This document shows positions 39,518-49,025 of a stretch of 64,000 nucleotides of DNA, one piece after another. The DNA lies in NCBI GenBank assembly GCA_017619445.1, contig JAFZSI010000021.1:10216-74215 (forward strand). Reading direction: 5' to 3'. The stretch's first letter is position 1. Every line of letters starts with the position of its first letter. The notes beneath the pieces were generated by a model. It ran no database searches. It had not been told where the DNA came from and saw only the letters and a list, made by a program, of their open reading frames with translations. Source of the stretch: Prevotella sp. (GTDB taxonomy: Bacteria; Bacteroidota; Bacteroidia; Bacteroidales; Bacteroidaceae). Both the position numbers and the translations under genes were made by a program.

Positions 39518-41314
39518 CTATTTCTTGCTATACCATTCTTTCATCACGAAGAAGGCCTTTTTCTTCTCGCCGTTGTCGCTTACCAGGCCTTTTCGGTTGT
39601 AATAGTCTTGTATGCCGTTCAGCACGCGGCGCGGTGAGCGGAAGTCTTTCAGAATCCATGGTGAGGTGCCGGCTAGGCCATCAATTTTGTCAAGCATGGC
39701 CAGGTTCTCTTTGTACAGATTCTCCTGAAACTCCTCCGTCCAACGCTGGTTCTTCTCGCCGTGCAGCCCGGATTTTGCACCGCCGCCAAACTCGCTGACA
39801 ATCACGGGTTTGTCGTAGGGAATTTCCCATTTCATCTTTGGCGCGTCGTTCACGTCGCGGTACCATCCGACATACTGGTTGAAGCTCACCACATCCACCA
39901 GCTCGTTCATATTGTCCTGCAGGCGGTTGTTGTAGTTTGAGGCTGAGGTCACTTCCATGGCCATGCTCACCAGACGGCTGTCGTCGAGGCTCTTGGCTTT
40001 GCGGGCCAGTTTGCCTAAGAATGCGTCGCGCTCGGGCGAGTGCGGCGTTTCGTTGGCAATGCTCCAGATAATGACGTTGGCGCGGTTCTGGTCGCGCGCA
40101 ATCATGTCGGTGAGCTGCCGTTGGGCATTGTCATACGTCGCCTCGTTGGTCCAGTCGATGGTCCAATACACGGGAATCTCCGACCACACCATGATGCCCA
40201 TGCGCTCGGCCTCGCGAATGGCATGTTCGTTGTGGGGATAGTGAGCCAGACGCACGTAGTTGCATCCCATTTCCTTTGCCCAGGTGAGCAGGGTGCGCGC
40301 GTCCTCGGCCGAGTTGGCGCGTCCGCCACCGTATGCCTTCTCCTCATGAATACTGATGCCTTTCAGGAAGATGGGTTTGCCGTTGAGCAGCAGTTGTTTG
40401 CCTTGTGTGCTGATAGAGCGGAAGCCAATTTCGTCGTTCAGCGTTTCATTGTCCATTGTGATTTCCACCTTATAGAGTTTTGGTGTTGCGGGTGACCACA
40501 ACTGCGGCTTGGCTTTCATGAACGTGGTGGCCGTTCCGTCGGCGGTTGTGGTGAGAGTTTTCTCAATTTTCAGCTCGGGAATGCGCAGCGTCACCTTGCG
40601 ATTTGCTTCTTCTCGGTTCAGTCTTACGCTGAATTGCAGTCGGCGGCCTTCCATGCTGACCATTTTCAGACAGTAGTTCTCAACGTACACGGGTTCTACG
40701 TCAACAATCATCACGTCGCGCGTAATGCCGCCATAGTTCCACCAGTCGAAAATCTGCGTGGGCACATCCGCTGCATGGCGCTTGTTATCCACTTTCACGA
40801 TTACCACATTCTCGCCGTCGCGCATCAGCTCGGTCACGTCGTAGTTAAAAGGAGTGAAGCCGCCCACATGATGCCCGACTTCTTTTCCGTTGACAAACAC
40901 GCGTGAATCGTAGTTCACGGCCCCGAAGTAAATCAGCTGCCGCTTGCCAGGTGCGGGATGATAGTCAAAACTGCGCTTAAACCAAACCGTTCCTTCATAG
41001 AAAAACAGCCGTTCGTCCTGTGTGTTCCAGTCGCCCGGCACATTCATGGTGGGAGCTGCGTCGAAATCATATTCAATCAGGTCTTCGGGCTTTTGGGGTT
41101 TGGCATTGCGGAAGAATCCCCATGGTGTGGGCTTCATACGGTAATCGTAGTAACCTTCTTCCTGCACATCCACAATGTAATTCCACTGGCCGTTGAGCGA
41201 CAACGTGTGCCGCGCATACACATTCGCAATCTGTGGCACCTCTTGTGCCCATGAGGAAAGCGTTGCTGCCGTGAGCAGCAAACAGGCAAACAGTTTCTTG
41301 CTCATCATTCTCAT
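39518..41314 (-). CDS. Glycoside hydrolase family 2 (beta-glucuronidase-like)
   Basis: RLAHYPH, WSIANE, VSEFG and YNRKG motifs; signal peptide. Confidence 0.9.
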   Translation of the reverse strand: MRMMSKKLFACLLLTAATLSSWAQEVPQIANVYARHTLSLNGQWNYIVDVQEEGYYDYRMKPTPWGFFRNAKPQKPEDLIEYDFDAAPTMNVPGDWNTQDERLFFYEGTVWFKRSFDYHPAPGKRQLIYFGAVNYDSRVFVNGKEVGHHVGGFTPFNYDVTELMRDGENVVIVKVDNKRHAADVPTQIFDWWNYGGITRDVMIVDVEPVYVENYCLKMVSMEGRRLQFSVRLNREEANRKVTLRIPELKIEKTLTTTADGTATTFMKAKPQLWSPATPKLYKVEITMDNETLNDEIGFRSISTQGKQLLLNGKPIFLKGISIHEEKAYGGGRANSAEDARTLLTWAKEMGCNYVRLAHYPHNEHAIREAERMGIMVWSEIPVYWTIDWTNEATYDNAQRQLTDMIARDQNRANVIIWSIANETPHSPERDAFLGKLARKAKSLDDSRLVSMAMEVTSASNYNNRLQDNMNELVDVVSFNQYVGWYRDVNDAPKMKWEIPYDKPVIVSEFGGGAKSGLHGEKNQRWTEEFQENLYKENLAMLDKIDGLAGTSPWILKDFRSPRRVLNGIQDYYNRKGLVSDNGEKKKAFFVMKEWYSKK

Positions 41315-41391
41315 TTTCTGTTTTCGGTTGGTTTGTTTTTTTGTTGTTTCTTGGAAAAGAAATGGATTCTTTTTTCTGTGTTGAAGTCTTA

Positions 41392-44022
41392 TTAACTGCG
41401 GCTCACCTGCATTCCTTGTGTACTCAGCCTCATTTCCACGAAACGGGCGTTGCGGTTGGGGGCATGGCTGCCCAGAATCTGTTTGATGCGCACGGCGGCC
41501 TCGGGGTCCTTGGCCACCATGTAGAGGTAGCCGCCGCCACCTGCGCCCGGCAGTTTGTAACCCAGGCAAAGGTCGTCAACAAGGTCGGTGATTCTCCTCA
41601 CCTCAGTCGGGTTTGTGCCGCTGTCAAGCAGCTGGTTCTGTTGCCAAGTCTTACGTATCAGTGCGCCAACCTCGGTGAAGTGGTTGCGCTGAATGGCGTC
41701 ATACATGGCAAGTGTGTGGTCCTTCATCTGGCGCAGCAGCATGAGCTGGTTGTGTTCGTTGAGGAACATGCTGCGCACAATCTCTGCAAGAATAGTCTTG
41801 GCTGTCCGCGTGATGCCCGTGTAGTACAGCAAGTGGCAAGCCGCATATTCAGGTTGCTGCCACAGGTCGTTTGGCAACCACCGCACCACTGGGTTCTGTC
41901 CGAAGCCAGGTTCGGTTTGCAGCAGCTTGACTCCTTGCAACAAGCCTCCAAACTGGTCCTGCCAGCCTCCGCCCGTGGTGAGCAGCTGTTCGAGTACCAG
42001 CGTCCGGTGCCCAATCTCGTTCCTGTCCCATGCCAGTCCGCAGAAGTCGTTCAACGCACCGAGCACCGTAGAAGCCAGCAAACTGCTGGTTCCCAGGCCA
42101 CTTCCGGCTGGAATGGCCGAGAGCAGCGTCAGTTCAATGCCGCATCCGAACGCCTCCAGTTGACGGCGAAGCGTGTCAAATCGCTCAGCACCGTAGTCGG
42201 GCAGAAACCCCGCTAATGCCAGCGCGGCTTTGGGTATGGAGAACGGGCTGCCCACGCGACAGTAGTCGGCCAGTTGCTCATAGTTCTCAACAACCTCCTC
42301 AGCACCCAGGTCAATGCTTCGCAAAACAATGTGAGGGTCGCGGCAGGGGCGCACGAAGGTCTGCAGTGGCGGCTGTCCGTTGAGCTCGATGGCCAGGTTG
42401 ATGACATTGCCGCCCTCCATCAGGCAGAAGGGAGGCGTGTCGGTCCATCCGCCGGCAATGTCGATGCGCACAGGACTTCGCCCCCACACAATCTGGTCGG
42501 CATGTACCGACATACGGGGTTGCTGCACGGTGGCTGTAGCCGTAGCGGTGAGGCCCTGGCGCAGCAGTCCGAACGCCTGTTCTTCCATGGCTGCGGGGTT
42601 CTCGCCTTTCAGCCTTGCCAGTTCGGCCCTGAACATGCTGTCCTGCATCCGGGTGATAAGTTCTGTGCGGTTAGCGGGTAGTGGGGGAGGTGCGATGTTC
42701 AGGTCGGCAAATTCGTGCGCCGCATCCTTCAGGTCTGTCTGGTAAAACACACTGTGCTCGTAGTTGCGCGCTATGTGTGGCCAGATGCGCCCCCGCATTT
42801 GTCGCCGCTGTTCAAACAGACGGCGCAGGTTGGCGCGGGCGCTGATTTCGTCGCTGTCCACCGCCTCGTCAATATGATAGCGTCGCACTTCGTAGTCGCT
42901 TTCTCCCACGGGCACCACGTCAATGCACTCGCCCGGCAGAAGGCTTATCTGCCAGTCGTTTTCAGGCACTCCAGTAATAATATGGTCGTGTGTCAGTTGC
43001 CACTTTGGCCCCACATGGCTGTTTTCAATCCAGATGTTGGTGTTTTGGTCGTTGAAAGCAATTTCGGTGACAGCGTTCTGCACAAAGATGCTGGCATGAG
43101 GCTTGCGGTCGTGGTGCTTAATCTGCCGTTGGTCGTTCACCGTGTCCTGAATGGTGAGCATCGACGACAGCAGCTCGCGCGAGGTGCCGAAATGATAGAA
43201 CTCGCCGCCCGACAAAGGCAGCACAGCCACCTTGAGTGCGGCCACCTCGGCGTCGTCTGTGGTGGGGCTGGTGCCCAAAGCACAGCCAAACTGTCCGTAA
43301 AGGTCGTACTCGCGAACATCGTCCTCCTCCGGCATACTCTTTTTCATCAGCACCTCCACTGCACGGTCGCTTAGCAGCCACACGCCGATGTCGGTGAGAT
43401 AGTAGTGGTCTTTCTGCAACTCGGTCAACATCGCTACGGTTGGTTTTTGCAGCATACACTTCAGGGTGGAGGGCGTTTTGCGGTCGGCCACAAACACACC
43501 GTGATTCTTGGCCGTCTCAGCACCTAACCACAGACCGTAGCAAACCACGTCGGCCTCGGGAATGGGTTGCAGCGGCTGCGTGGCGCGGATATAAACGTCA
43601 CCGCTCACCACCAAGGTGTGAAGCGATGGCGGAGCCGCCTCCATGATTTGCTCGTAAAGAGGCACCTGCAGCGACAGCAAATCTTGGCTGAGCCGCTGTC
43701 CGCGTTCCCAACGGAACACGGGGATGGGGGTCAGAATCTTTCCCGACGTGGCATAGGCGGGCAGCCGTCGGCTGTGGCCCCCGGCATGAATCAGAATGCG
43801 CTGTTCGCGGGCCAGCCACTGAGCGAATGGCGTTGGATTACCGCCGTCGTTCTTCGTCTTTTCCTCCAGATAGGCCTGCCAGAGCAGCCATGCCGTGCCT
43901 CCTCCAGAGCCCAACTTGTGGTCGGCGGGGTCGCAAGTGCAGAACCATTCGCCTCGGTTGCAGCCAGTGATGTCGTGAAAGCAGGATACTAAGTTTGGGG
44001 GAAGTGACAACAATTTTTTCAT
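41392..44022 (-). CDS. fkp: Bifunctional L-fucokinase / L-fucose-1-P guanylyltransferase
   Basis: MKKLLSLPPNL, HAGG.SRRLP.Y, PVRIDIAGGWTDTPP, PAGSGLGTSS, GAGGGG. Confidence 0.95.
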   Translation of the reverse strand: MKKLLSLPPNLVSCFHDITGCNRGEWFCTCDPADHKLGSGGGTAWLLWQAYLEEKTKNDGGNPTPFAQWLAREQRILIHAGGHSRRLPAYATSGKILTPIPVFRWERGQRLSQDLLSLQVPLYEQIMEAAPPSLHTLVVSGDVYIRATQPLQPIPEADVVCYGLWLGAETAKNHGVFVADRKTPSTLKCMLQKPTVAMLTELQKDHYYLTDIGVWLLSDRAVEVLMKKSMPEEDDVREYDLYGQFGCALGTSPTTDDAEVAALKVAVLPLSGGEFYHFGTSRELLSSMLTIQDTVNDQRQIKHHDRKPHASIFVQNAVTEIAFNDQNTNIWIENSHVGPKWQLTHDHIITGVPENDWQISLLPGECIDVVPVGESDYEVRRYHIDEAVDSDEISARANLRRLFEQRRQMRGRIWPHIARNYEHSVFYQTDLKDAAHEFADLNIAPPPLPANRTELITRMQDSMFRAELARLKGENPAAMEEQAFGLLRQGLTATATATVQQPRMSVHADQIVWGRSPVRIDIAGGWTDTPPFCLMEGGNVINLAIELNGQPPLQTFVRPCRDPHIVLRSIDLGAEEVVENYEQLADYCRVGSPFSIPKAALALAGFLPDYGAERFDTLRRQLEAFGCGIELTLLSAIPAGSGLGTSSLLASTVLGALNDFCGLAWDRNEIGHRTLVLEQLLTTGGGWQDQFGGLLQGVKLLQTEPGFGQNPVVRWLPNDLWQQPEYAACHLLYYTGITRTAKTILAEIVRSMFLNEHNQLMLLRQMKDHTLAMYDAIQRNHFTEVGALIRKTWQQNQLLDSGTNPTEVRRITDLVDDLCLGYKLPGAGGGGYLYMVAKDPEAAVRIKQILGSHAPNRNARFVEMRLSTQGMQVSRS

Positions 44023-44058
44023 GGTAATTGTTTTATTTTGCTACAAATGTACAAAAAA

Positions 44059-44123
44059 CTTCCTATACGGCAAAGAAAACAAGCTTTCTTTGTTCTTGCT
44101 TACTCAGATTTTTTGTAACTTTG
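44059..44123 (+). repeat. Promoter-associated hairpin family P2 plus -7 box of fucP
   Basis: CGGCAAAGAAA-acaagc-TTTCTTTG..TACTCAGATTTTTTG then TAACTTTG. Confidence 0.7.
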
Positions 44124-44172
44124 CACAAAATATGTAACAAAATTTGAATAAAGATTCAACCCAACTGCCATC

Positions 44173-45486
44173 ATGAACAAAAATCCTAATGGAATACTGA
44201 GAAAAGACGGCGTGAGCTTTCTGCTGCCGTTTTGTATGATTACCTGTTGCTTTGCGCTTTGGGGCTTTGCCAACGATGTGACCAACCCGATGGTGCAATC
44301 CTATTCCACCATCTTCCAAAAGAGCAATCTTGAAGGCTCGCTGGTGCAGGTGGCCTTCTATATGGGCTACTTCCTCATGGCCTTTCCGGCCGCCATGTTC
44401 ATACAGCGCTATTCGTTCAAGGCGGGAGTGCTCATGGGACTTACGCTCTACGCCATTGGCGCGCTGGCATTCCTGCCGGCACGGTGGACAGGCATCTACT
44501 ACACCTTTCTGCTGGCCTATTTCGTGATGACGTGCGGACTTTCGTTCCTTGAAACGTCGTGCAACCCTTATATATACTGCATGGGCAGCGAGGATACCGC
44601 CACGCAACGACTGAATTTCGCGCAGTCGTTCAACCCCATCGGCGCTGTCTCGGGAACCATCGTGGCCGGACTATTTGTCCAGACCCAGCTCGACCCCACC
44701 GATTCGCCCACACGCCACCAGCTGTTGACCGAAAACCCGGCACTGTTTGAGTCTATCAAGGACCACGACCTGGGTGTGCTCATCCAGCCATACGTTTACA
44801 TAGGCATTGTGGTGCTCATGCTGCTGGTGGCCATCCGCCTTACCCGTATGCCCAAGGCCAGCGACGGCGGCAGCAACAAAAGCCTGTTCACAGCCATCCG
44901 CGAACTCATTCATGTGAAGAACTACCGCGAGGGTGTCATTGCACAATTCTTCTACGTAGGCGCGCAAGTCACCTGCTGGACCTACATCATGCACTACGGC
45001 CACGAGCTGTTCTGCGTGCGCGGCGGCATGACCGAACGCGCGGCCAGCACACTGTCCTTCCGCTATTACATTGGCGCGCTGGTGCTCTTCACCGTGGGAC
45101 GCTTCATCTGCACATGGTTCCTGAAGTTCATCAAGCCCGGACGCCTGTTGGCCATCCTGGCCGTGGCAGCCATGTTCTGTCTTGTGGGCGTGGTGATGTT
45201 CAACGACATCAAGGGCATGTACTGCTTAGTGGCAGTCAGCGGCTGCATGTCGCTCATGTTCCCCACCATCTACGGCATTGCCCTGAAAGGCCTTGGCGAG
45301 AACGTGAAGTTTGGCGGCGCAGGTCTCATCATGTCCATCCTCGGCGGCAGTGTGCTGCCTCCCATCCAGGCCAGCATCATGGACACCCACGCAACGATGG
45401 CCGGCCTGTCCGCAGTCCATCTCTCGTTCATTGTACCCTTCTTCTGCTTCCTTGTCGTCACTGCCTACGGAATGCGTGCCAAATAA
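44173..45486 (+). CDS. fucP: L-fucose:H+ symporter-like MFS permease
   Basis: FALWGFAND, LVQVAFY.GY, FLETSCNPY, RLNFAQSFNP, AQFFYVGAQV. Confidence 0.85.
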   Translation: MNKNPNGILRKDGVSFLLPFCMITCCFALWGFANDVTNPMVQSYSTIFQKSNLEGSLVQVAFYMGYFLMAFPAAMFIQRYSFKAGVLMGLTLYAIGALAFLPARWTGIYYTFLLAYFVMTCGLSFLETSCNPYIYCMGSEDTATQRLNFAQSFNPIGAVSGTIVAGLFVQTQLDPTDSPTRHQLLTENPALFESIKDHDLGVLIQPYVYIGIVVLMLLVAIRLTRMPKASDGGSNKSLFTAIRELIHVKNYREGVIAQFFYVGAQVTCWTYIMHYGHELFCVRGGMTERAASTLSFRYYIGALVLFTVGRFICTWFLKFIKPGRLLAILAVAAMFCLVGVVMFNDIKGMYCLVAVSGCMSLMFPTIYGIALKGLGENVKFGGAGLIMSILGGSVLPPIQASIMDTHATMAGLSAVHLSFIVPFFCFLVVTAYGMRAK

Positions 45487-45489
45487 TCA

Positions 45490-46275
45490 ATGACCCGCTA
45501 CGCACTCTTCTTCGACATCGACGGAACGCTGGTCAGCTTTAAGACGCACCAGATTCCGCCGTCGGCCATCTTTGCCCTGACCCAGGCAAAGGCCAACGGC
45601 CACCGCATCTACATCGCCACCGGCCGGCCGCGCACCATCATCACCAACCTTGGAGCCATCCAGCACCTCATCGACGGCTATCTCACCACCAACGGCGCAC
45701 ACTGTTTTGTGGGCGACAAGGTGGTGTGCATGAACCCCATCCGGCCCGCCGACGTTGACCTTATCCTCGGCGACTGCCAGTCCAACGACTACTCGTGCAT
45801 CGTGGCCAGCGAGACCGAGTTCGTGGTGTTCAATCCCCACGAATGCGTTGACCGCATCTTCCGGCGCCAGCTGGCCGTGGAGCAGCTCGACATGCAGCGG
45901 CCCGTTGACAAAGCCCTGCAACAGCCCATCCTCCAACTGTCACCATTCTTCGACGAAGCCCACGAGCGAGAGCTCATGAGCCATGTGCCCGGCTGCGTGT
46001 CGGGACGATGGCACCCCGAGTTCACCGACATCACCTCGCGAGAGGCCGACAAGGGCATCGGCCTGCGCGCCATCGCCGCCCACGAGGGATTCGCCATCGA
46101 ACACACCATTGCCTTCGGCGACGGTGGCAACGACGCCACCATGATTCGCGCCGCAGGCATCGGCATCGCCATGGGCAACGCACTCGACAGCCTGAAGCAG
46201 CAGGCCGACTATACAACCACATCGGTCGATGATGACGGCATCCGCACCGCCCTCCGCCATTTCGGCATTATCTGA
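45490..46275 (+). CDS. Cof-type HAD-IIB hydrolase
   Basis: FFDIDGTL, ATGR, AFGDGGND..M, AMGNA. Confidence 0.92.
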   Translation: MTRYALFFDIDGTLVSFKTHQIPPSAIFALTQAKANGHRIYIATGRPRTIITNLGAIQHLIDGYLTTNGAHCFVGDKVVCMNPIRPADVDLILGDCQSNDYSCIVASETEFVVFNPHECVDRIFRRQLAVEQLDMQRPVDKALQQPILQLSPFFDEAHERELMSHVPGCVSGRWHPEFTDITSREADKGIGLRAIAAHEGFAIEHTIAFGDGGNDATMIRAAGIGIAMGNALDSLKQQADYTTTSVDDDGIRTALRHFGII

Positions 46276-46400
46276 CGTTCCCCCAATCTCAGCATTCTCA
46301 GCAGCATTTCTTTGTTTTTCCTACCGTATTCCGTTGTTTCTTCATCATAACTCATAGCTTTGTTTTTGCCATTATAAACGTGGCTGCAACAAAGTGATGA

Positions 46401-46521
46401 TTTACGCTCAAATTTACTAGAGAATTTAAACGTAAAGTTGAGAGTTGTTTTCACCATTCTCGGTATGGTGAAAACAACGTCGAGAAATAATTCGAAATTT
46501 TCTAAAGAATTTTGAAATAAA
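46401..46521. repeat. Modular palindromic repeat, cluster 7
   Basis: Palindrome at 46401-46436 and a degenerate copy at 46486-46521 (gap 49); the inner 14-mers are mutual inverted repeats. Confidence 0.8.
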
Positions 46522-46626
46522 GTCGGAAGTTGTTATCGTAAAGCATTGGATTATGAAAACAACTCCCGACGCTGCGTTTTATAAAACAGTGTTCTTTGGA
46601 TGAAAGATGAACCCCTAAAGTTTAAA

Positions 46627-47214
46627 TCAGAATTTCACTCCCACACCCAAAAGCACCGTGTTTTCAAAACCACCCACATTCACTTCCATGCGCTTGAAGG
46701 AGTGCATATAGTCTGCCGTCGCAAACCAACGCCCGAATGTTGCCTGAATACCGGCTTGCAGCCCTACATGGGTGCGGTCGCCAAAACTGCCGTGCCACCA
46801 GCCAAGGCCACCCTCGTTGACGGTTTTCCCGTCGGTGCCTATTGTCCAATACTTGTAGCGCCCAAAGGCAGCATAACGGATGTACGGGCCGACATTCAGA
46901 CGAACGGTTGCATTTTCAGAGATGTTGAACTGGAACGAGGCAAGCAAAGGAACAGTGACTGCCCACTGAGAATAATACCTTGTCTTCTCCTTGTTTTCAT
47001 TCTCCTGATAGGAGAGCACTAAGCGCGGTTGAAAATACAGACCCTCAGAGAGACATACGTCGTAAAGTCCACCGACAAATCCTCCTGGTTTCCAGGCCAT
47101 GCCTTTGGTACTCGATGAAGAAAAGTTCACACCGCCCATCAGTCCAAATCCTTCCTGGGCAACAGCATTCGTTGCGAATAATGCAACAGCAATAATCATT
47201 ATTAGTTTTCGCAT
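46627..47214 (-). CDS. Outer-membrane beta-barrel (porin-family) protein
   Basis: Signal peptide, alternating beta-strand pattern, C-terminal GVGVKF. Confidence 0.8.
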   Translation of the reverse strand: MRKLIMIIAVALFATNAVAQEGFGLMGGVNFSSSSTKGMAWKPGGFVGGLYDVCLSEGLYFQPRLVLSYQENENKEKTRYYSQWAVTVPLLASFQFNISENATVRLNVGPYIRYAAFGRYKYWTIGTDGKTVNEGGLGWWHGSFGDRTHVGLQAGIQATFGRWFATADYMHSFKRMEVNVGGFENTVLLGVGVKF

Positions 47215-47290
47215 ATAAGTAAAATTTCAAACAGATTGTATAGCCCAATCATCTCTATTTGTTGAATATTTTCCCTTACAGAGGAAGGCT

Positions 47291-48337
47291 CTATTGAATT
47301 GTACCAGTCCCAGCATAAGCCTGAATCTCAGGAACGGTAAAGTTCAGATATAATAATTGGCCAATACCTCTAAAAGACAACTCAAGGTTAGCTTGAATGG
47401 CAGAATTATAAAGAATGATGTCTCCAGGTCCACTGACAACAGTGTAGGGAATGTCATGGTACCAGTCGTGTGAAGAGTCTGCTTCTTTGTGGAAATTAAT
47501 GCTGCCATTATAACCGCCAGTAAATGTGCCTGTTGTGGTGGTGGAGCTGCTATAGTTTGACCATCCAAGCCAAGTTTTTTTCCTGAATGAAATTTCTATG
47601 TGTATGCGCATCCTTCTACCATAGTAGAAATCGGTGTAATTTGACACGGTGTCGCCTTTTCTTCCGCATTTCAGCCTAATTCTTCTTTTGCTCTGTTCCC
47701 ACCAGTAGCTGTCGTATTCTTGACCGATGTTACCCGAGCTTTCTCCTCCGAAACTGGTACTGTGTGAAATGTATCGTGGTTGCCAGTATGCGCCATTTCC
47801 TCTTGTCGGCATTAAATCATAACTATACAATGCATCTCCATTTTCTTGTATTTGAAGATATGAATCAACGTCTTTCATGTTTCTTATCTCTCCAGCTATT
47901 CTGACATTTCCATCAATATTTAAAAGCAATGCCATCGTTTTATTTGTAACAGGAAGATATACTCCACAATCATCCAGGAATGATGCGAAATACAGGTATT
48001 TGTCATACTTTGCCTTATATGCGTTGAATGACTCCTCTGACTCATCCAAATCTTCAGCTTCCTCAAGTGCTTTCAAATATAACTCCTCAAGGGAGTGAAA
48101 ATTACCATAATGGTTCTTAACCCATAACTGTTGTTCTTCTGGTGTCAAACCATTTAACACATCGATTGCTTCTTGGAACTCCGCCTCACTATCAAAGCTC
48201 AGCATTTCGTCGTTTGTTGATTCAACAGACTCCGTTGGGCTTTGAGTGTCCAACATTTCTTCCTCTAAGTTGCTACTACAAGCGCAGAATACGCTCATGG
48301 TTAATACAAATGCTGCATAGAATAATACTTTTTTCAT
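47291..48337 (-). CDS. Lipoprotein, DUF4848-like
   Basis: Lipobox FCAC followed by an acidic stretch; MLSFDSE.EF, LLN..G.V.I.GE, RKK..LGW.NYSS. Confidence 0.65.
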   Translation of the reverse strand: MKKVLFYAAFVLTMSVFCACSSNLEEEMLDTQSPTESVESTNDEMLSFDSEAEFQEAIDVLNGLTPEEQQLWVKNHYGNFHSLEELYLKALEEAEDLDESEESFNAYKAKYDKYLYFASFLDDCGVYLPVTNKTMALLLNIDGNVRIAGEIRNMKDVDSYLQIQENGDALYSYDLMPTRGNGAYWQPRYISHSTSFGGESSGNIGQEYDSYWWEQSKRRIRLKCGRKGDTVSNYTDFYYGRRMRIHIEISFRKKTWLGWSNYSSSTTTTGTFTGGYNGSINFHKEADSSHDWYHDIPYTVVSGPGDIILYNSAIQANLELSFRGIGQLLYLNFTVPEIQAYAGTGTIQ

Positions 48338-48449
48338 AGTTGTTTTGTTTAATTGTTAATATAATGTGATTATTATTTAATTGAATGCAAGTTTAAGGAA
48401 CACCCACCTATTTATATAATATAAGCAGGTGTTCCCCATGAGAGAGTTT

Positions 48450-48830
48450 TTAGAGTGTTATCAAGCCATAGAACATCCAGTTGGCACAGATGAGTTGGAT
48501 TTGATAATCGCCTGAGAGTGTTGAAGGAAGAACGACACAGCTTGTTGAAGAGGGCATCTGTGTCTCATAAACGACATCATCTTCAGCTTCAACATCCACT
48601 ATGCGTACCACATAGTCAGGATGTGATCCAGGAACAGATAAAGTGTGCCCATCAAGAAATACGGACGGCGGTTGTATCGGAGCATGAGGAAAACCACCGT
48701 TTAGAGGTTCATCAATGGGGCCCGATACGTGTAAGATTACTATAACACCTGAACCATCCCTCAGATTTTCTGGGTGAACAAATGACAACAGCAAACACAT
48801 GCTAATCAGTACTAATGCAATTTTCTTCAT
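48450..48830 (-). CDS. Small secreted Ig-like protein, DUF3244-like
   Basis: Signal peptide, PHAPIQPPSV..DG, VVYE..LP..LSGDYQIQL..FYGLITL. Confidence 0.65.
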   Translation of the reverse strand: MKKIALVLISMCLLLSFVHPENLRDGSGVIVILHVSGPIDEPLNGGFPHAPIQPPSVFLDGHTLSVPGSHPDYVVRIVDVEAEDDVVYETQMPSSTSCVVLPSTLSGDYQIQLICANWMFYGLITL

Positions 48831-49025
48831 AATGATGTGATTATTGATAAATTTCATTTCAAAAGTATTAAAACAGGCATATATTTACAAGAAAAACAGT
48901 GAACAAGAGTTAACAGGAATGTTAACAAAAGTTCACCGCCTTAACGGGCTGAAAACTAAAATGTTAATAATAAAAGCGAATGCGTTTTCTGTACAAATTT
49001 AACATAAAGAAACAAATCGTGTCGT

